DNA of 64,000 nucleotides from Candidatus Daviesbacteria bacterium (GTDB lineage Bacteria; Patescibacteriota; Microgenomatia; Daviesbacterales; UBA10151): NCBI GenBank assembly GCA_041690695.1, contig JBEPVZ010000001.1, positions 14,943 to 78,942 of the forward strand, read 5' to 3'. Shown piece by piece: positions 18,382 to 28,967 of this stretch (position 1 is its first letter; each line of letters starts with the position of its first letter). The notes under the pieces were generated by a model. It saw only the letters and a program-made list of their open reading frames with translations, ran no database searches and was not told where the DNA came from. The position numbers and the translations under genes were made by a program.

Positions 18382-19548
18382 TTATGCTTCTTTTTTAGTC
18401 AGATGATATAGCTTCCATAAAAAATATAAAGTTGGCAGATAAATAATTTGGACCCAGATTAGAGTTTGAGTTGGGCCGATCTTATCGGCAAACAAGCCAA
18501 CGATATAGGCAAAAATTCCGAAAAATAAGCTGCCACCAAATGAGTTTAAAGAAGACATCGTGGCCCGTTGGTTATCACTAAACTCTTTTTGAAGTAAAGA
18601 GCTTGAGGCGGTAGTGCTAGTACCATGAAAGAGGGAAGTGGTAGACATAATAAACGGAGACAGAATTGTTGGGAAGAGAAGGGCTATAAAATTAGCAATG
18701 CGGCTATAGATCTCCCCGAAAAATAAAACCTTAACGGCTTTAAAGCGATTAATAACTCGACCACTAATTCTAAAACCAATAAAAGCTAAAAGGTTAGAGC
18801 TGGTTTTAGCCAAACCCACCGCCCATATTGGCAGTAATAAATTATAAAAAGCGGCTTGGAATTGATAACCAGTTTCGCCAACTCCAAAACTTAAAATACC
18901 AGTTAAATTTAATAATCGAAGTTTTGGGTTATGAATAAATAAAGTTATGGCCTCTTTTAAGTCGGCCATTATATTTCGGGAATGCTCCGTTACAACTTTG
19001 GCATCGATAATCTGTAAACTAATTCCAAAGCAGATCAGTTGAGGGATAACTGATAGCCACATTAAAATGGGGAATGACCAGCTGGCAATTAATGATCCAA
19101 CTAAAGCTGAGACAGCCAAAGAAGCTTGGAACATGGCATCAAGCTTGCCCGAATAAAGATGATAATCATCAGCTAAGCTTTCCTCAGCTAACATATTATG
19201 TAAAAGAGCTTGATTATTACCACTATAAAAAGCTCGCGATAAGCCTTCAAAAATAGCCCCAATCGCTAAAAACCAGAAGCTTGTCCCGATAGCATAAAAG
19301 ATAGCAAATAAAATTGCTGCTAGAGCCCCTATGACAATGGTTTTTTTACGGCCAATTCGATCGGCAAATAATCCGGCTGGAACATCAATGATGGCGGAGG
19401 TAATATAAGCAATTGAAAAAACAGCTGCACCTAGCGCGTAGGAATGGCTTACTCTAGAAAAATAAATAATGGCAATCGGGGCATAAAGTTTAAAGTCACT
19501 AAAAAAATTAAACCAAGTTAATAATTTGATATTTTTTTGAAGAGACAT
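18382..19548 (-). CDS. MFS transporter
   Basis: 12 predicted TM helices; MFS motif GLFADRIGRKKT between TM2 and TM3. Confidence 0.7.
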   Translation of the reverse strand: MSLQKNIKLLTWFNFFSDFKLYAPIAIIYFSRVSHSYALGAAVFSIAYITSAIIDVPAGLFADRIGRKKTIVIGALAAILFAIFYAIGTSFWFLAIGAIFEGLSRAFYSGNNQALLHNMLAEESLADDYHLYSGKLDAMFQASLAVSALVGSLIASWSFPILMWLSVIPQLICFGISLQIIDAKVVTEHSRNIMADLKEAITLFIHNPKLRLLNLTGILSFGVGETGYQFQAAFYNLLLPIWAVGLAKTSSNLLAFIGFRISGRVINRFKAVKVLFFGEIYSRIANFIALLFPTILSPFIMSTTSLFHGTSTTASSSLLQKEFSDNQRATMSSLNSFGGSLFFGIFAYIVGLFADKIGPTQTLIWVQIIYLPTLYFLWKLYHLTKKEA

Positions 19549-19566
19549 ACGAAGAGTATATAATAA

Positions 19567-20190
19567 TTAAACTTCTAATAATTTTTTTATAATGTAGTCC
19601 AAGGGACGTAATTTGATTCCTTCACCAAAATCGTATTTTCCCCACCGGCCAAGACTATGTGGACGTACCTCTCCGCCAATAGCAAAATCAGCCACTTGGT
19701 AAGGATTTAACACCGCCCAATCAGCTAAGTCATCCTTAATAAAATCCTCGTCAAGAAGTGGTTGATAGAGATTAGGAACGTTTTTCCAGCCGGTAAATAA
19801 AACTCGGTTAGGCTTTTTATTTATTTGTCCATAGGTTGGATCAATTATGAATTCCTCATTGGCCTCCGTAAATCGAATAAATGTATGCGTAGCACCTAAT
19901 ATAGCTGGATGAAGAAATATAAGCTCGGGATCCTGAATATATGGAAACTTTTGGGCTAGCACACTACCATAAGCTCCCGCCGCATCATCACAATACATTG
20001 AGCCGGTCATGACCCATCTGTCATTTATAAGCTCCCAACAAGCATCAAGTTGATCATAGTCTAATCCGTCATATTGGGTTTCCAGTCGCGAAGCTAAACG
20101 CAGTGCTGAATTTAGTGGACGATTAGTTTTAAGAACCCAGTCATTAATCTCCCTTAATTGAGGATTATCACCAATCTCTTTAGCTAGCAT
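19567..20190 (-). CDS. Hypothetical protein (possible Cys/His hydrolase)
   Basis: 207 aa; conserved-looking Cys (MYCDD), His (THTFIRF) and Asp, but no confident family. Confidence 0.3.
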   Translation of the reverse strand: MLAKEIGDNPQLREINDWVLKTNRPLNSALRLASRLETQYDGLDYDQLDACWELINDRWVMTGSMYCDDAAGAYGSVLAQKFPYIQDPELIFLHPAILGATHTFIRFTEANEEFIIDPTYGQINKKPNRVLFTGWKNVPNLYQPLLDEDFIKDDLADWAVLNPYQVADFAIGGEVRPHSLGRWGKYDFGEGIKLRPLDYIIKKLLEV

Positions 20191-20241
20191 TTGGGGAGTA
20201 TATCAAACAGACTAATATCATGCCTAAGAAAGTAGAGACTC

Positions 20242-21348
20242 TTATTGATAAATAAGTGAATGGACAATTGCCACCGCATTTTTTAAATCTTTAAGCGATA
20301 ATGTTTCCTGAACGGAATGAGCATTTTTACCACCTCTTGAAACGGATAAAACTGAATAGCCTTGACCACTAAAGTTATTAGCATCACTTGTCGAAAAGGA
20401 TGATTTAAATTCAGCTTTTAAGCCATTTTGTTGACAGGCTTGAGTGACAGCTTCAATTATTGGGCCTGATGTTTGACCATTAAAAGCTGGCACCAAACTT
20501 GATTTATCTAGTATAAAATCAATCTTAATTTGATGTTTCTTAGCTACTGCATCGCATTTTTGTTGAACTAACCCAGCAATTTTATTCATAGTCGATTGGT
20601 CATAGGCCCGAATTTCGCCTTTCAAATTAACCAGCTCACAAACTACATTAGTGCTTTTCCCCCCGTTAATCTGGCCGATATTAAACGTCCAACCTTCTTT
20701 TAAATCTCGACCTAACGGCAAACTGGTAATCAACTCTGATGCAATTAAAATAGAATTTTTACCAGCTTCATAATCTTTAGCGGCATGGGCGGACAATCCT
20801 AAAACATTTATTTCAAAATTGATATAACCCAGAGATTTATAAATGAAGATGCCTGGCGTATCACTACTATCGACATTAAAAACAAATTTAACATCTTTAT
20901 CAAACTTAAATAAGCTTGAACCCATCACTCCGGCCTCTTCTCGAGTTGGAAAGAAAAATAAAATATTGTGATTTAGTTTATTTTTGTCTAAATTTTGGGC
21001 AGCCATAATTAATGAACTAACTCCTGATTTATTATCTGCTCCTAAAATAGCCTGGCCATTACTTTTAAAAGTTTCCTGCTCAAACTGAGGGATAATCAAA
21101 TCATCGACTGATTGAACAGTATCAAGATGAGCACTAAAAACTAAAGTTTGGAATTTAGAATCAACTTCTAAATAGGCATAAACATTCCCAGAATTACTGT
21201 CATTTTGAGAGCCTGATTGGTCAATCCATGTTTTCCAATTAAGCTTAATCATTTGATCGCAGACCCATTTAGCCATCTCAGCTTCTTGTCCACTGGGAGA
21301 GCTAATGCTCACAGCTTCTATAAATAATTTAATTAGCTTATTGTCCAT
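20242..21348 (-). CDS. M20-family metallopeptidase (peptidase T-like)
   Basis: SAHLDTV zinc-binding motif and GADNKSGV motif. Confidence 0.65.
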   Translation of the reverse strand: MDNKLIKLFIEAVSISSPSGQEAEMAKWVCDQMIKLNWKTWIDQSGSQNDSNSGNVYAYLEVDSKFQTLVFSAHLDTVQSVDDLIIPQFEQETFKSNGQAILGADNKSGVSSLIMAAQNLDKNKLNHNILFFFPTREEAGVMGSSLFKFDKDVKFVFNVDSSDTPGIFIYKSLGYINFEINVLGLSAHAAKDYEAGKNSILIASELITSLPLGRDLKEGWTFNIGQINGGKSTNVVCELVNLKGEIRAYDQSTMNKIAGLVQQKCDAVAKKHQIKIDFILDKSSLVPAFNGQTSGPIIEAVTQACQQNGLKAEFKSSFSTSDANNFSGQGYSVLSVSRGGKNAHSVQETLSLKDLKNAVAIVHSLIYQ

Positions 21349-21450
21349 AATCGTGCCTCAAGCCAAATCCATGATTGAACTATTATATACAAATTCCGCT
21401 TTGTACTTTCAATTACATGCGTGCTTTGGTAAAATTTCAATGCGTAATAT

Positions 21451-21521
21451 TGCGGGATCGTCTAATGGCAGGACGACAGCCTTTGGAGCTGTCTATCATG
21501 GTTCGAATCCATGTCCCGCAG
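21451..21521 (+). tRNA. tRNA-Gln (anticodon TTG)
   Basis: U1-A72 acceptor as in bacterial tRNA-Gln, 3-bp D-stem GTC/GAC, anticodon stem ACAGC/GCTGT with loop CTTTGGA, T-arm CATGG-TTCGAAT-CCATG. Confidence 0.75.
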
Positions 21522-21859
21522 CTTTCAAAACAAATAACGGTAAAGTGTCAGGTACATTGCCGCTGGGAACCTCCAAGAATTTCAACCTTACGTGTTATCC
21601 CATCACATTTCCCGAGTTTTTCCACCCGATTAGCAATAACGCTTTCTCCAGATAGTTTTCTTTCTTCAACAACATCTTTAATATTTTTTGATGAAGTAGC
21701 TTGTAAAATTCATCATGTAGCTTGACAGGCCTTCTCGAACAACAGGCCAGATATCATTTTTCATACGAAGTTTGTTTTTGTGTGTTGCTATATACAGCCT
21801 CCGAAAATGAGAGGTGCTTCAATCGTAATTTGGAAAGGTTTTTAATTTTCTTAAATAAA

Positions 21860-22936
21860 TTATCTAATATATCCTTTCGCTTTTAATAATTCTGCAATGA
21901 GAATTGCTCCCCCTGCAGCTCCGCGTATTGTATTATCTGATAGAGTAACAAACTTCCAGTCAAAGTGTTTATCTTTTTGTAATCTACCCATAGTAATTCC
22001 CATACCAAGTTCTGTATCCCGATCAAGTCTTGTCTGAGGACGATCCTCTTCTTCAAAATAATGAATAAATTCATTTGGTGAAGAAGGCAAATTCAACTCA
22101 CTAATTGGATTGTTAAAGTGTTTTATTGCATTCAATATCTGTTCTTTTGTGGGATTTTTGATAAAAGATAAAGAAACACAAGCCATATGACCATTAGAAA
22201 CAGAAACGCGTATGCAAGTTGCTGAAATTTCAGGTTTTTGGGCAATTTTTAATCGATCATTAATAAGCTCAGCCCAAATTTTCATTGGTTCTTTTTCTGA
22301 TTTTTCTTCCTCTCCTCTGATAAAGGGAATAACGTTATCTATCATTTCTGGCCAATTCTCGAATGTTTTCCCGGCACCTGAAATTGCCTGCAAACTCGTT
22401 ACATGTACTTTTATAGGTTGAAACTCTTTCAATGCGGTAATAATTGAAACGTATGATTGGATTGAACAATTAGGTTTTACGACAATAAAACCTTTCTTCC
22501 ATCCGTGCTTTTTCCGTTGAGTATCGATAAGTTTTATATGCCCAGGATTAATTTCTGGTATAAGCATTGGAACATCTTCCGACCACCGATTCGCCGAGTT
22601 AGTTGAAATAACAGGGATGTCACTTGATGCATATGCTTTCTCAATATACATTATCGCTTCCTTTTCCATATTCAGGGCACAAAAAACAAAGTCAACCAGT
22701 TTTATAATTTTTTCTTTATCATCAACTGCAAAAACATTGAGTTTCCCTATATTCTTAGGAATCTTTGAATCCATTTTCCATCGTCCTTTTACAGCATCTT
22801 TATATGTTTTTCCAGAAGATTGAGGAGAAGCTGCAACAACCACTAATTCAAACCAAGGGTGTTCGTTCAAGAGTGTAATGAGTCTTTGTCCAACCATACC
22901 TGTTGCACCAAGAATTCCAACTCGCAGTTTTTTCAT
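21860..22936 (-). CDS. asd: Aspartate-semialdehyde dehydrogenase
   Basis: N-terminal GILGATGMVGQ NAD(P) fold; active-site Cys in KPNCSIQ; ~358 aa. Confidence 0.75.
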   Translation of the reverse strand: MKKLRVGILGATGMVGQRLITLLNEHPWFELVVVAASPQSSGKTYKDAVKGRWKMDSKIPKNIGKLNVFAVDDKEKIIKLVDFVFCALNMEKEAIMYIEKAYASSDIPVISTNSANRWSEDVPMLIPEINPGHIKLIDTQRKKHGWKKGFIVVKPNCSIQSYVSIITALKEFQPIKVHVTSLQAISGAGKTFENWPEMIDNVIPFIRGEEEKSEKEPMKIWAELINDRLKIAQKPEISATCIRVSVSNGHMACVSLSFIKNPTKEQILNAIKHFNNPISELNLPSSPNEFIHYFEEEDRPQTRLDRDTELGMGITMGRLQKDKHFDWKFVTLSDNTIRGAAGGAILIAELLKAKGYIR

Positions 22937-22939
22937 AAG

Positions 22940-24109
22940 TTATAAAATAAGCTTTTTATGTAATGCTTTAACTATACTTTCGGAATCTTCTGAATCGAGT
23001 AAAAAACACAATCTGTAGTAATCATGTTCCTGTATTTTAATAATGTTTTTATATTCTTCAATGAATTTAGTAAACTGTTCTATAGCTAAAACAGAATTCA
23101 AATCTTCTCCTACTAATGAGATTTTACTCATATCGCTAGATATCTTTTTGAATGTAATACCCCAGAAATTATTGTTATAAGATTTTAATCTCTTTTTTTC
23201 AACGATGAGAGTTCCTTTATGCGAAGGATTAAATGTGTTTAATACTCTTATTGGAATGCCTTTTTTAATAGCAGGTTTCATTGTTTTTGGGTGAAGTACA
23301 TTTGCTCCCGAAGTAGCAAAAGCTTCAGCCACCTTGTAGGGAATTTTTTTAAGTGTTCTTGCTTCCTTAAACATTCTTGGGTCTGCAGTTAATACACCAT
23401 CTACATCTGTCCATACTTGGATTTCAAGCGCTTGTACACAACTTCCAATAATTGATGCTGAATAATCTGACCCTCCTCTACCAAGTGTCGTAACTTTACC
23501 TTCCCGAGTTGCACCAATAAAACCAGTGATTACAGGAACGATACCCTTCCTAATAATAGGTAATAATGTAGCAGCTATTTTTTTTACCGTTAGTGACGAG
23601 ATATATTCTGCATTGCCAAATTTGTCGTTAGTGACAATTATGTCAGAAGCTATCACTTGTTTTGCAGGGATTTTCCTACTTTTAAGTGCCTCTGTAATAA
23701 TATATGAGGACATGATTTCACCATATGAAGCTATTCTATCTTGAAATTCCGACGTAGATCCCGTAGGGATTTTTAATGCAATAGAAATTTCTTTTAGTAT
23801 TTTTGTAATATAAGAAATATGCTTATTTTGATCGTTTTCGTTGGACCACAACTGGTTGATCAAGACAATATGAAAATTTTTAATCTTTTGTAAAATTGAG
23901 ATCTGGAGTAAAGTTGTTGAAGATATTAATGATATTAGTGAATCAGTCACATTTTTGATAGCAGAAACTACAACAATAGGACTGTTCTGTTTCTCTTTTA
24001 TAATAATATTACCAATTGTTTGTATTGACTCTGTTGTGCTTACAGATGTACCACCAAATTTTAGGATGATCATAAAGATATAAATTAAATAATCCTTGAA
24101 ACTTATCAC
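22940..24109 (-). CDS. lysC: Aspartate kinase
   Basis: Aspartokinase signature KFGGTSV; C-terminal ACT-like region; 4 nt from asd, suggesting an operon. Confidence 0.75.
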   Translation of the reverse strand: MISFKDYLIYIFMIILKFGGTSVSTTESIQTIGNIIIKEKQNSPIVVVSAIKNVTDSLISLISSTTLLQISILQKIKNFHIVLINQLWSNENDQNKHISYITKILKEISIALKIPTGSTSEFQDRIASYGEIMSSYIITEALKSRKIPAKQVIASDIIVTNDKFGNAEYISSLTVKKIAATLLPIIRKGIVPVITGFIGATREGKVTTLGRGGSDYSASIIGSCVQALEIQVWTDVDGVLTADPRMFKEARTLKKIPYKVAEAFATSGANVLHPKTMKPAIKKGIPIRVLNTFNPSHKGTLIVEKKRLKSYNNNFWGITFKKISSDMSKISLVGEDLNSVLAIEQFTKFIEEYKNIIKIQEHDYYRLCFLLDSEDSESIVKALHKKLIL

Positions 24110-24183
24110 AAGTATGATTCAAATACAACATTCTAACAGTCCAAGATATTGACTTATAGTCTTCTTAATGCTAGTATCGCCGC

Positions 24184-25593
24184 GTGGCGTCTTCTGAAAT
24201 GTTAACTGGTTCTTTAAAAGAACCAGTAAAAACCATCTTTATCGCAAACGGTCGTGAATTTTTTTCTCCCATCGACAAATATGTTCCTTCTGCACATAAG
24301 GAAGAATTTGTCCAAACAGACAAGGATGAAAGTGACCCAATGATATTTGAACTTGGCGATAACAAAGTAATTTTTGTTCCTCAATCTATTGATCCAGGTT
24401 ATATTCAGGATATGATAAATCTTTTTGGCTTCAAAAATATCTCTATTATAAAGCCTCCAGAAACGGGAAATGGCTTATCAAAAGATATACTTAATGACAG
24501 AGAAACATTTGGAATGCTGCTCCATGCTATCACTCAAGGCGGCCCAGACGTACAGGTCGTACCATGGGGGCAGACACCACAATTTCAAGAACTGCATAAT
24601 ACTTTACGCCAGCAGGGTTTGATATTTAAAACACCGGAAACCCCCTTGGATTTTGCGCAATGGTATCCTGATTATTCGAATACAAAGCTTGGCACACGAG
24701 AAATTCTCAAACGTACACAAATTGCGCACCCCGAAGTTGATATGCAAATACCCGAGGGTTTTCCATGTACTGACATCGAGATGGCTTTACAAGTGACAAA
24801 ATATTTTGTGGGTACAAACAGAGGCATTGTCATGAAAGCAAATCTGGGAGCTGCGGGGATCGGAGTTTTTGTCTTTTCTCCTAAAGAATATAATCTAGCA
24901 AATTCTGATGAATGGAGAGCAATGGAATCAAAAGTACGTAAAAATGAATTACTTCAAAATGGACCTGTCGTTATAGAAGAATATATACAACCTGATTTCA
25001 GTAAACGTGGCGTATTTCCAAGCGTCGATAGTCTTGTTAAGACTAATGGAATTGTCGAGATTCAAGCAGTTAGTGCAATGGGTATACATCGTGATGGAGA
25101 CGAAGTAGAATTCTATGGAAGCACTATTGGTCACGGACTTTTTACTGAAAAGCAACACGCCTACATGAGTACAATTAATCGTGCAGTTGGGCAAGAGCAT
25201 GCAAAGTTGGGATACCGTGGTTGGTATGATACTGACTTTATTTTGGCAGCGGATGGACACCTATATTTAACTGAAACAAACGTAAGGAGAACCGGTACAA
25301 CGTATATGGTAGATCTTGCACGACATCTTTTTGGTAACGATTGGGAAAGTAAAATGGCAATGATTGCTAATGATAAATATATTCGTCCACACCTCGCCGG
25401 ATTATCATATGACAACTTAAAAATACTTTTGTCTGAATTGCTTTATCCAATTCAGGTAGAACAACGAGGTATAATCCTCACTCAATCTGTCCGTTCAATG
25501 CTAGGAAGAGGGAAATTTGCTTATGCAGCAATAGGACGAACTCAAGATGATGCAGAATCATTAGAAAAACAATTAGAAAAAATACTTGGATAA
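24184..25593 (+). CDS. ATP-grasp domain protein (carboxylate-amine/thiol ligase type)
   Basis: ATP-grasp motifs VMKANLGAAGIGVFVF, IEEYIQPD and LTETNVRRTG; divergent from lysC. Confidence 0.5.
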   Translation: MASSEMLTGSLKEPVKTIFIANGREFFSPIDKYVPSAHKEEFVQTDKDESDPMIFELGDNKVIFVPQSIDPGYIQDMINLFGFKNISIIKPPETGNGLSKDILNDRETFGMLLHAITQGGPDVQVVPWGQTPQFQELHNTLRQQGLIFKTPETPLDFAQWYPDYSNTKLGTREILKRTQIAHPEVDMQIPEGFPCTDIEMALQVTKYFVGTNRGIVMKANLGAAGIGVFVFSPKEYNLANSDEWRAMESKVRKNELLQNGPVVIEEYIQPDFSKRGVFPSVDSLVKTNGIVEIQAVSAMGIHRDGDEVEFYGSTIGHGLFTEKQHAYMSTINRAVGQEHAKLGYRGWYDTDFILAADGHLYLTETNVRRTGTTYMVDLARHLFGNDWESKMAMIANDKYIRPHLAGLSYDNLKILLSELLYPIQVEQRGIILTQSVRSMLGRGKFAYAAIGRTQDDAESLEKQLEKILG

Positions 25594-25602
25594 ATGATTG
25601 CT

Positions 25603-26133
25603 TCACTTAGCTTTGTACCAATTTATAAGATCAACTAAGACCCTAGCGGCCGTGTCAATTTCGGCAAGGGATATACTATTGTCGGGATCATGATATTCCG
25701 GTCTAATGGTAATACCATAATAGAATGTCTTGAATCCAAATTTTTTACCATAAATGATCGTTTCATCTTCTGTGGCTTCAAAATAATCTTCTTGAATACG
25801 AATTCTGTTTCCAAATCTAGATTTTAATTCTTCAATATCTATTCCGTATAGATTACCAATATATCCTTCTTTACCATTAGTAGGTTCTGTTGTTGTATCA
25901 ACAACAATAACAAGCGTATCTTTGTCTAAAGAATGCGCAACAGCTTCTGCACCATCAAATTCAAGCTCTTCAAAATTCGTATATTCTACTAACACTCCTG
26001 TTTTACGTGAGGCTTGATATGCTGCAAAAACCCCTGCAAAATTATCAACTAAACCAAGAAGATTTTTGTCATCCATCTTAATAGACATTACAGGCCTGGC
26101 AAGATCCATATGTGCAGATAATAAAATTTTCAT
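25603..26133 (-). CDS. Short M42/M28-like metallohydrolase homolog (176 aa)
   Basis: SAHMD and VDNFAGV motifs resemble the M42/M28 zinc-ligand motifs, but the protein is about half the normal length. Confidence 0.3.
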   Translation of the reverse strand: MKILLSAHMDLARPVMSIKMDDKNLLGLVDNFAGVFAAYQASRKTGVLVEYTNFEELEFDGAEAVAHSLDKDTLVIVVDTTTEPTNGKEGYIGNLYGIDIEELKSRFGNRIRIQEDYFEATEDETIIYGKKFGFKTFYYGITIRPEYHDPDNSISLAEIDTAARVLVDLINWYKAK

Positions 26134-26197
26134 GATTTATATACTATAGCATCAATTTGGTAATATGGTAATTTTTTGCTAAAATGAGCAGAAATAT

Positions 26198-27664
26198 ATG
26201 CAGAATCACTCTAAAATGCAAGAAGAAATGCCATATATTTCATCAATTGTAAAATATGTTAAACAGAATAGAATTCCGTTTCATATGCCAGGGCATAAAC
26301 AGGGTCAAGGGATTAATGCTGTATTACAAAAGTTATGGGGTAAAAATATTTTTAAATATGATTTAACAGAAGTCGATGGGCTTGATTATTTAAACGCTCC
26401 TTCTGGTATTATAGAAAAAGCAGAGAAATTGGCCGCTGAAGCATTCAATGTCGAAAATACTTTATTTTTAGTAAACGGATCAACTCTGGGAAATCAAGTA
26501 GCCATTCTCTCCTTAGTAAAAGAAAACCAGAAAATAATCGTACCACGAAATTCTCATCAATCAGTTTTTTCCTCATTAATTCTATCTGGAGCTCACCCTA
26601 TATACATAAATCCAACATATGATCCTGTAACAGGTTTATATCAAACAATTTCAAGTAAGGAAATTAAGAATGCGATAAGGAAAAATTCCGATATAAAAGC
26701 CATACATATAACTTCACCTAACTATAATGGCTTTGTCTCTAACGTAAAAGTTATAGGCAACTTAGCAAAAAAAAATAATATTCCATTAATTGTTGACGAA
26801 GCTCATGGTGCACATTTCCAATTCCACCCCAACCTTCCAATTTCTTCGATCAATTATGATGCAGACATAATAATTCATAGTACGCATAAAACATTAGGAT
26901 CCCTTACACAGACGTCAATGCTCCATTTAGTAAAATCTACTCATGTATCCATTAATCAATTACAAGAAAATTTGATGTTATTGCAGTCTTCTTCACCCAG
27001 TACCCTTTTTGTTATGAGTTTAGATGCAGCGAGACAACAAATGGCAACCCAAGGATATGCATTAATGGATAAAACTCTACAATTAGCAAATTATGCAAGA
27101 AGTACAATAAATAGTTTTAAATATCTATATTGTTACGGAAAAGAAATGATTGGACAAGCAGACATAGCAGATATTGATGAAACGAAATTGCTCATAGATG
27201 TTAGCCGAACGGGGTTAACAGGCTATGAATTAGAAAAAATATTAGGCAGAAACTATCAAATAGAAGTTGAAATGTCTGACACAAAACACATTCTCTGTTT
27301 TGTAACAATAGGTGATACTAAACAGTCAATAGATAAACTGTTACTTGCGTTAAAAGATATTTCAAATAATCCCAAAAGAAATAAACAAAATACAAAGATT
27401 CTATCAATACCGAACACACCCGAACTAGTTATGTTACCGAGGGAGGCATTTTTTGCTGAAAAAAAAATTATAGCTATTTCTGACGCGCTTGGGGAAATTT
27501 GCGGCGAATTCATTATCCCATTTCCACCAGACGTGCCGATTATAACCCCCGGCGAACGAATAAATAAAGAAATAATCGCTTACGTAAAATATTTAAAGAA
27601 ATGTGGTATTATGCTTGTCGGCTCCAAGAATCTATCATCCGAAATGATTCGGGTAGTCAAATAA
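26198..27664 (+). CDS. PLP-dependent Orn/Lys/Arg-type decarboxylase (OKR_DC_1 major-domain family)
   Basis: PLP-lysine motif HSTHKTLGSLTQ; fold-type I architecture; ~488 aa. Confidence 0.6.
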   Translation: MQNHSKMQEEMPYISSIVKYVKQNRIPFHMPGHKQGQGINAVLQKLWGKNIFKYDLTEVDGLDYLNAPSGIIEKAEKLAAEAFNVENTLFLVNGSTLGNQVAILSLVKENQKIIVPRNSHQSVFSSLILSGAHPIYINPTYDPVTGLYQTISSKEIKNAIRKNSDIKAIHITSPNYNGFVSNVKVIGNLAKKNNIPLIVDEAHGAHFQFHPNLPISSINYDADIIIHSTHKTLGSLTQTSMLHLVKSTHVSINQLQENLMLLQSSSPSTLFVMSLDAARQQMATQGYALMDKTLQLANYARSTINSFKYLYCYGKEMIGQADIADIDETKLLIDVSRTGLTGYELEKILGRNYQIEVEMSDTKHILCFVTIGDTKQSIDKLLLALKDISNNPKRNKQNTKILSIPNTPELVMLPREAFFAEKKIIAISDALGEICGEFIIPFPPDVPIITPGERINKEIIAYVKYLKKCGIMLVGSKNLSSEMIRVVK

Positions 27665-27665
27665 T

Positions 27666-28967
27666 ATGCCGTTGCCAATAAACAGCAAACTTATTAAACG
27701 ATACAATACGCCAATCGATGAAACGGTTATTTATGACCCATTGGCGCTAGTAACAAAAGCTAAGGGATCTTTTGTTTGGATTGAGGGACAGAGAGATCCA
27801 TATTTTGATCTTTTAATGAGTTACAGCTCTACTAACTTCGGGCATGTCAACAACGATATATTAAAATTTGTAAAAGACGCAGTAGAGAAATTTGATAATA
27901 TTATCGCATTTAATTCTGCTGCAAAAGTTGGATTAAGCAAAAAACTAGTTGACCTTTTACCCTACCCAGACAATAAGATACCGTATTTCCCTGTTGGTGG
28001 AACCAAGGCTATTGATGCTGCTATTAAACTAGCAAAAGCGTATACAGGAAAAGATGTCATAATTGCTTTTTCAGGAGACTTTCACGGTTATAGTTATGCT
28101 GCAATGTCCGTGACAGATAGTGAATATATAGAAAAATCACAATTTGGCTCATATCCTGGAAAGGTAAAACAATTTCCATTCCCTCATAGGCTCACGTTGA
28201 ACTCTTCAGAAGTGGTAAAAAATATATTAGCTAGCATTGAGAATTATTTACAAATAAATCACCATAAAGTCGCTGCCGTTATTTTTGAGCCAATACAAGG
28301 AGCTGCCGGATTTCTTATTCCTCCCGATGGGTTCTTAAAAAAATTAATTTCACTAGCACAAAAGTATGGTGTGCTTACAATCTGTGATGAAATACAAACC
28401 GGTGTCTATAGAACAGGTACATTTTACTATGTTAATCAACTTGATCTTAATCCGGACATTATTTTATTAGGAAAATCATTAGCCGGAGGTTACTATCCGT
28501 TGAGCGCGGTTATTGCGAATAAAATCATATTTGAATCAGTCGATCCAAAACATTCAGGTTTTGACTCAACTTTTGCTACAAATCTTCTTGGTATTGAAAT
28601 CGCGCACCAAGTAGTGGAATATGCTGAAAAAAAGAATCTATCTAAAGTTGTCCAAACAACAGGAAATATTATTTCATCAAAATTAAGATCCTTACTAAAT
28701 AATTTTAATTTTATTAAAGATTTTGATAGTATTGGCATGGCTTACGGCTATAGAGTTGAAGCACCATCAAAAAAAAGAGAAGACAATTCAGCTCTAGCCA
28801 CAAAAATTAAAAAAGAGGCATTTAATAACCACTTAATTATACAAACTGCAGGTTTATATGGTGATCACATGAAGCTGTCACCAAATTTTTTTATCACCCA
28901 AGAAGAAATAGATTCATTTATTACAGAATTCACATTGGTTTTAAAAAAAGTATATAGTGAAATCTGA
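27666..28967 (+). CDS. Class III (omega-) aminotransferase
   Basis: CDEIQTGVYRTG motif and PLP-lysine region LGKSLAGG; 1-nt gap from the decarboxylase, suggesting an operon. Confidence 0.7.
   Translation: MPLPINSKLIKRYNTPIDETVIYDPLALVTKAKGSFVWIEGQRDPYFDLLMSYSSTNFGHVNNDILKFVKDAVEKFDNIIAFNSAAKVGLSKKLVDLLPYPDNKIPYFPVGGTKAIDAAIKLAKAYTGKDVIIAFSGDFHGYSYAAMSVTDSEYIEKSQFGSYPGKVKQFPFPHRLTLNSSEVVKNILASIENYLQINHHKVAAVIFEPIQGAAGFLIPPDGFLKKLISLAQKYGVLTICDEIQTGVYRTGTFYYVNQLDLNPDIILLGKSLAGGYYPLSAVIANKIIFESVDPKHSGFDSTFATNLLGIEIAHQVVEYAEKKNLSKVVQTTGNIISSKLRSLLNNFNFIKDFDSIGMAYGYRVEAPSKKREDNSALATKIKKEAFNNHLIIQTAGLYGDHMKLSPNFFITQEEIDSFITEFTLVLKKVYSEI

Noticed and set aside
21305-21725. Two 116-aa tracked ORFs (21305..21655 and 21375..21725, plus strand)
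   Set aside because: They run across tRNA-Gln and the spacer, start with TTG or ATG in noncoding context, and have no coding-like composition. Treated as spurious.
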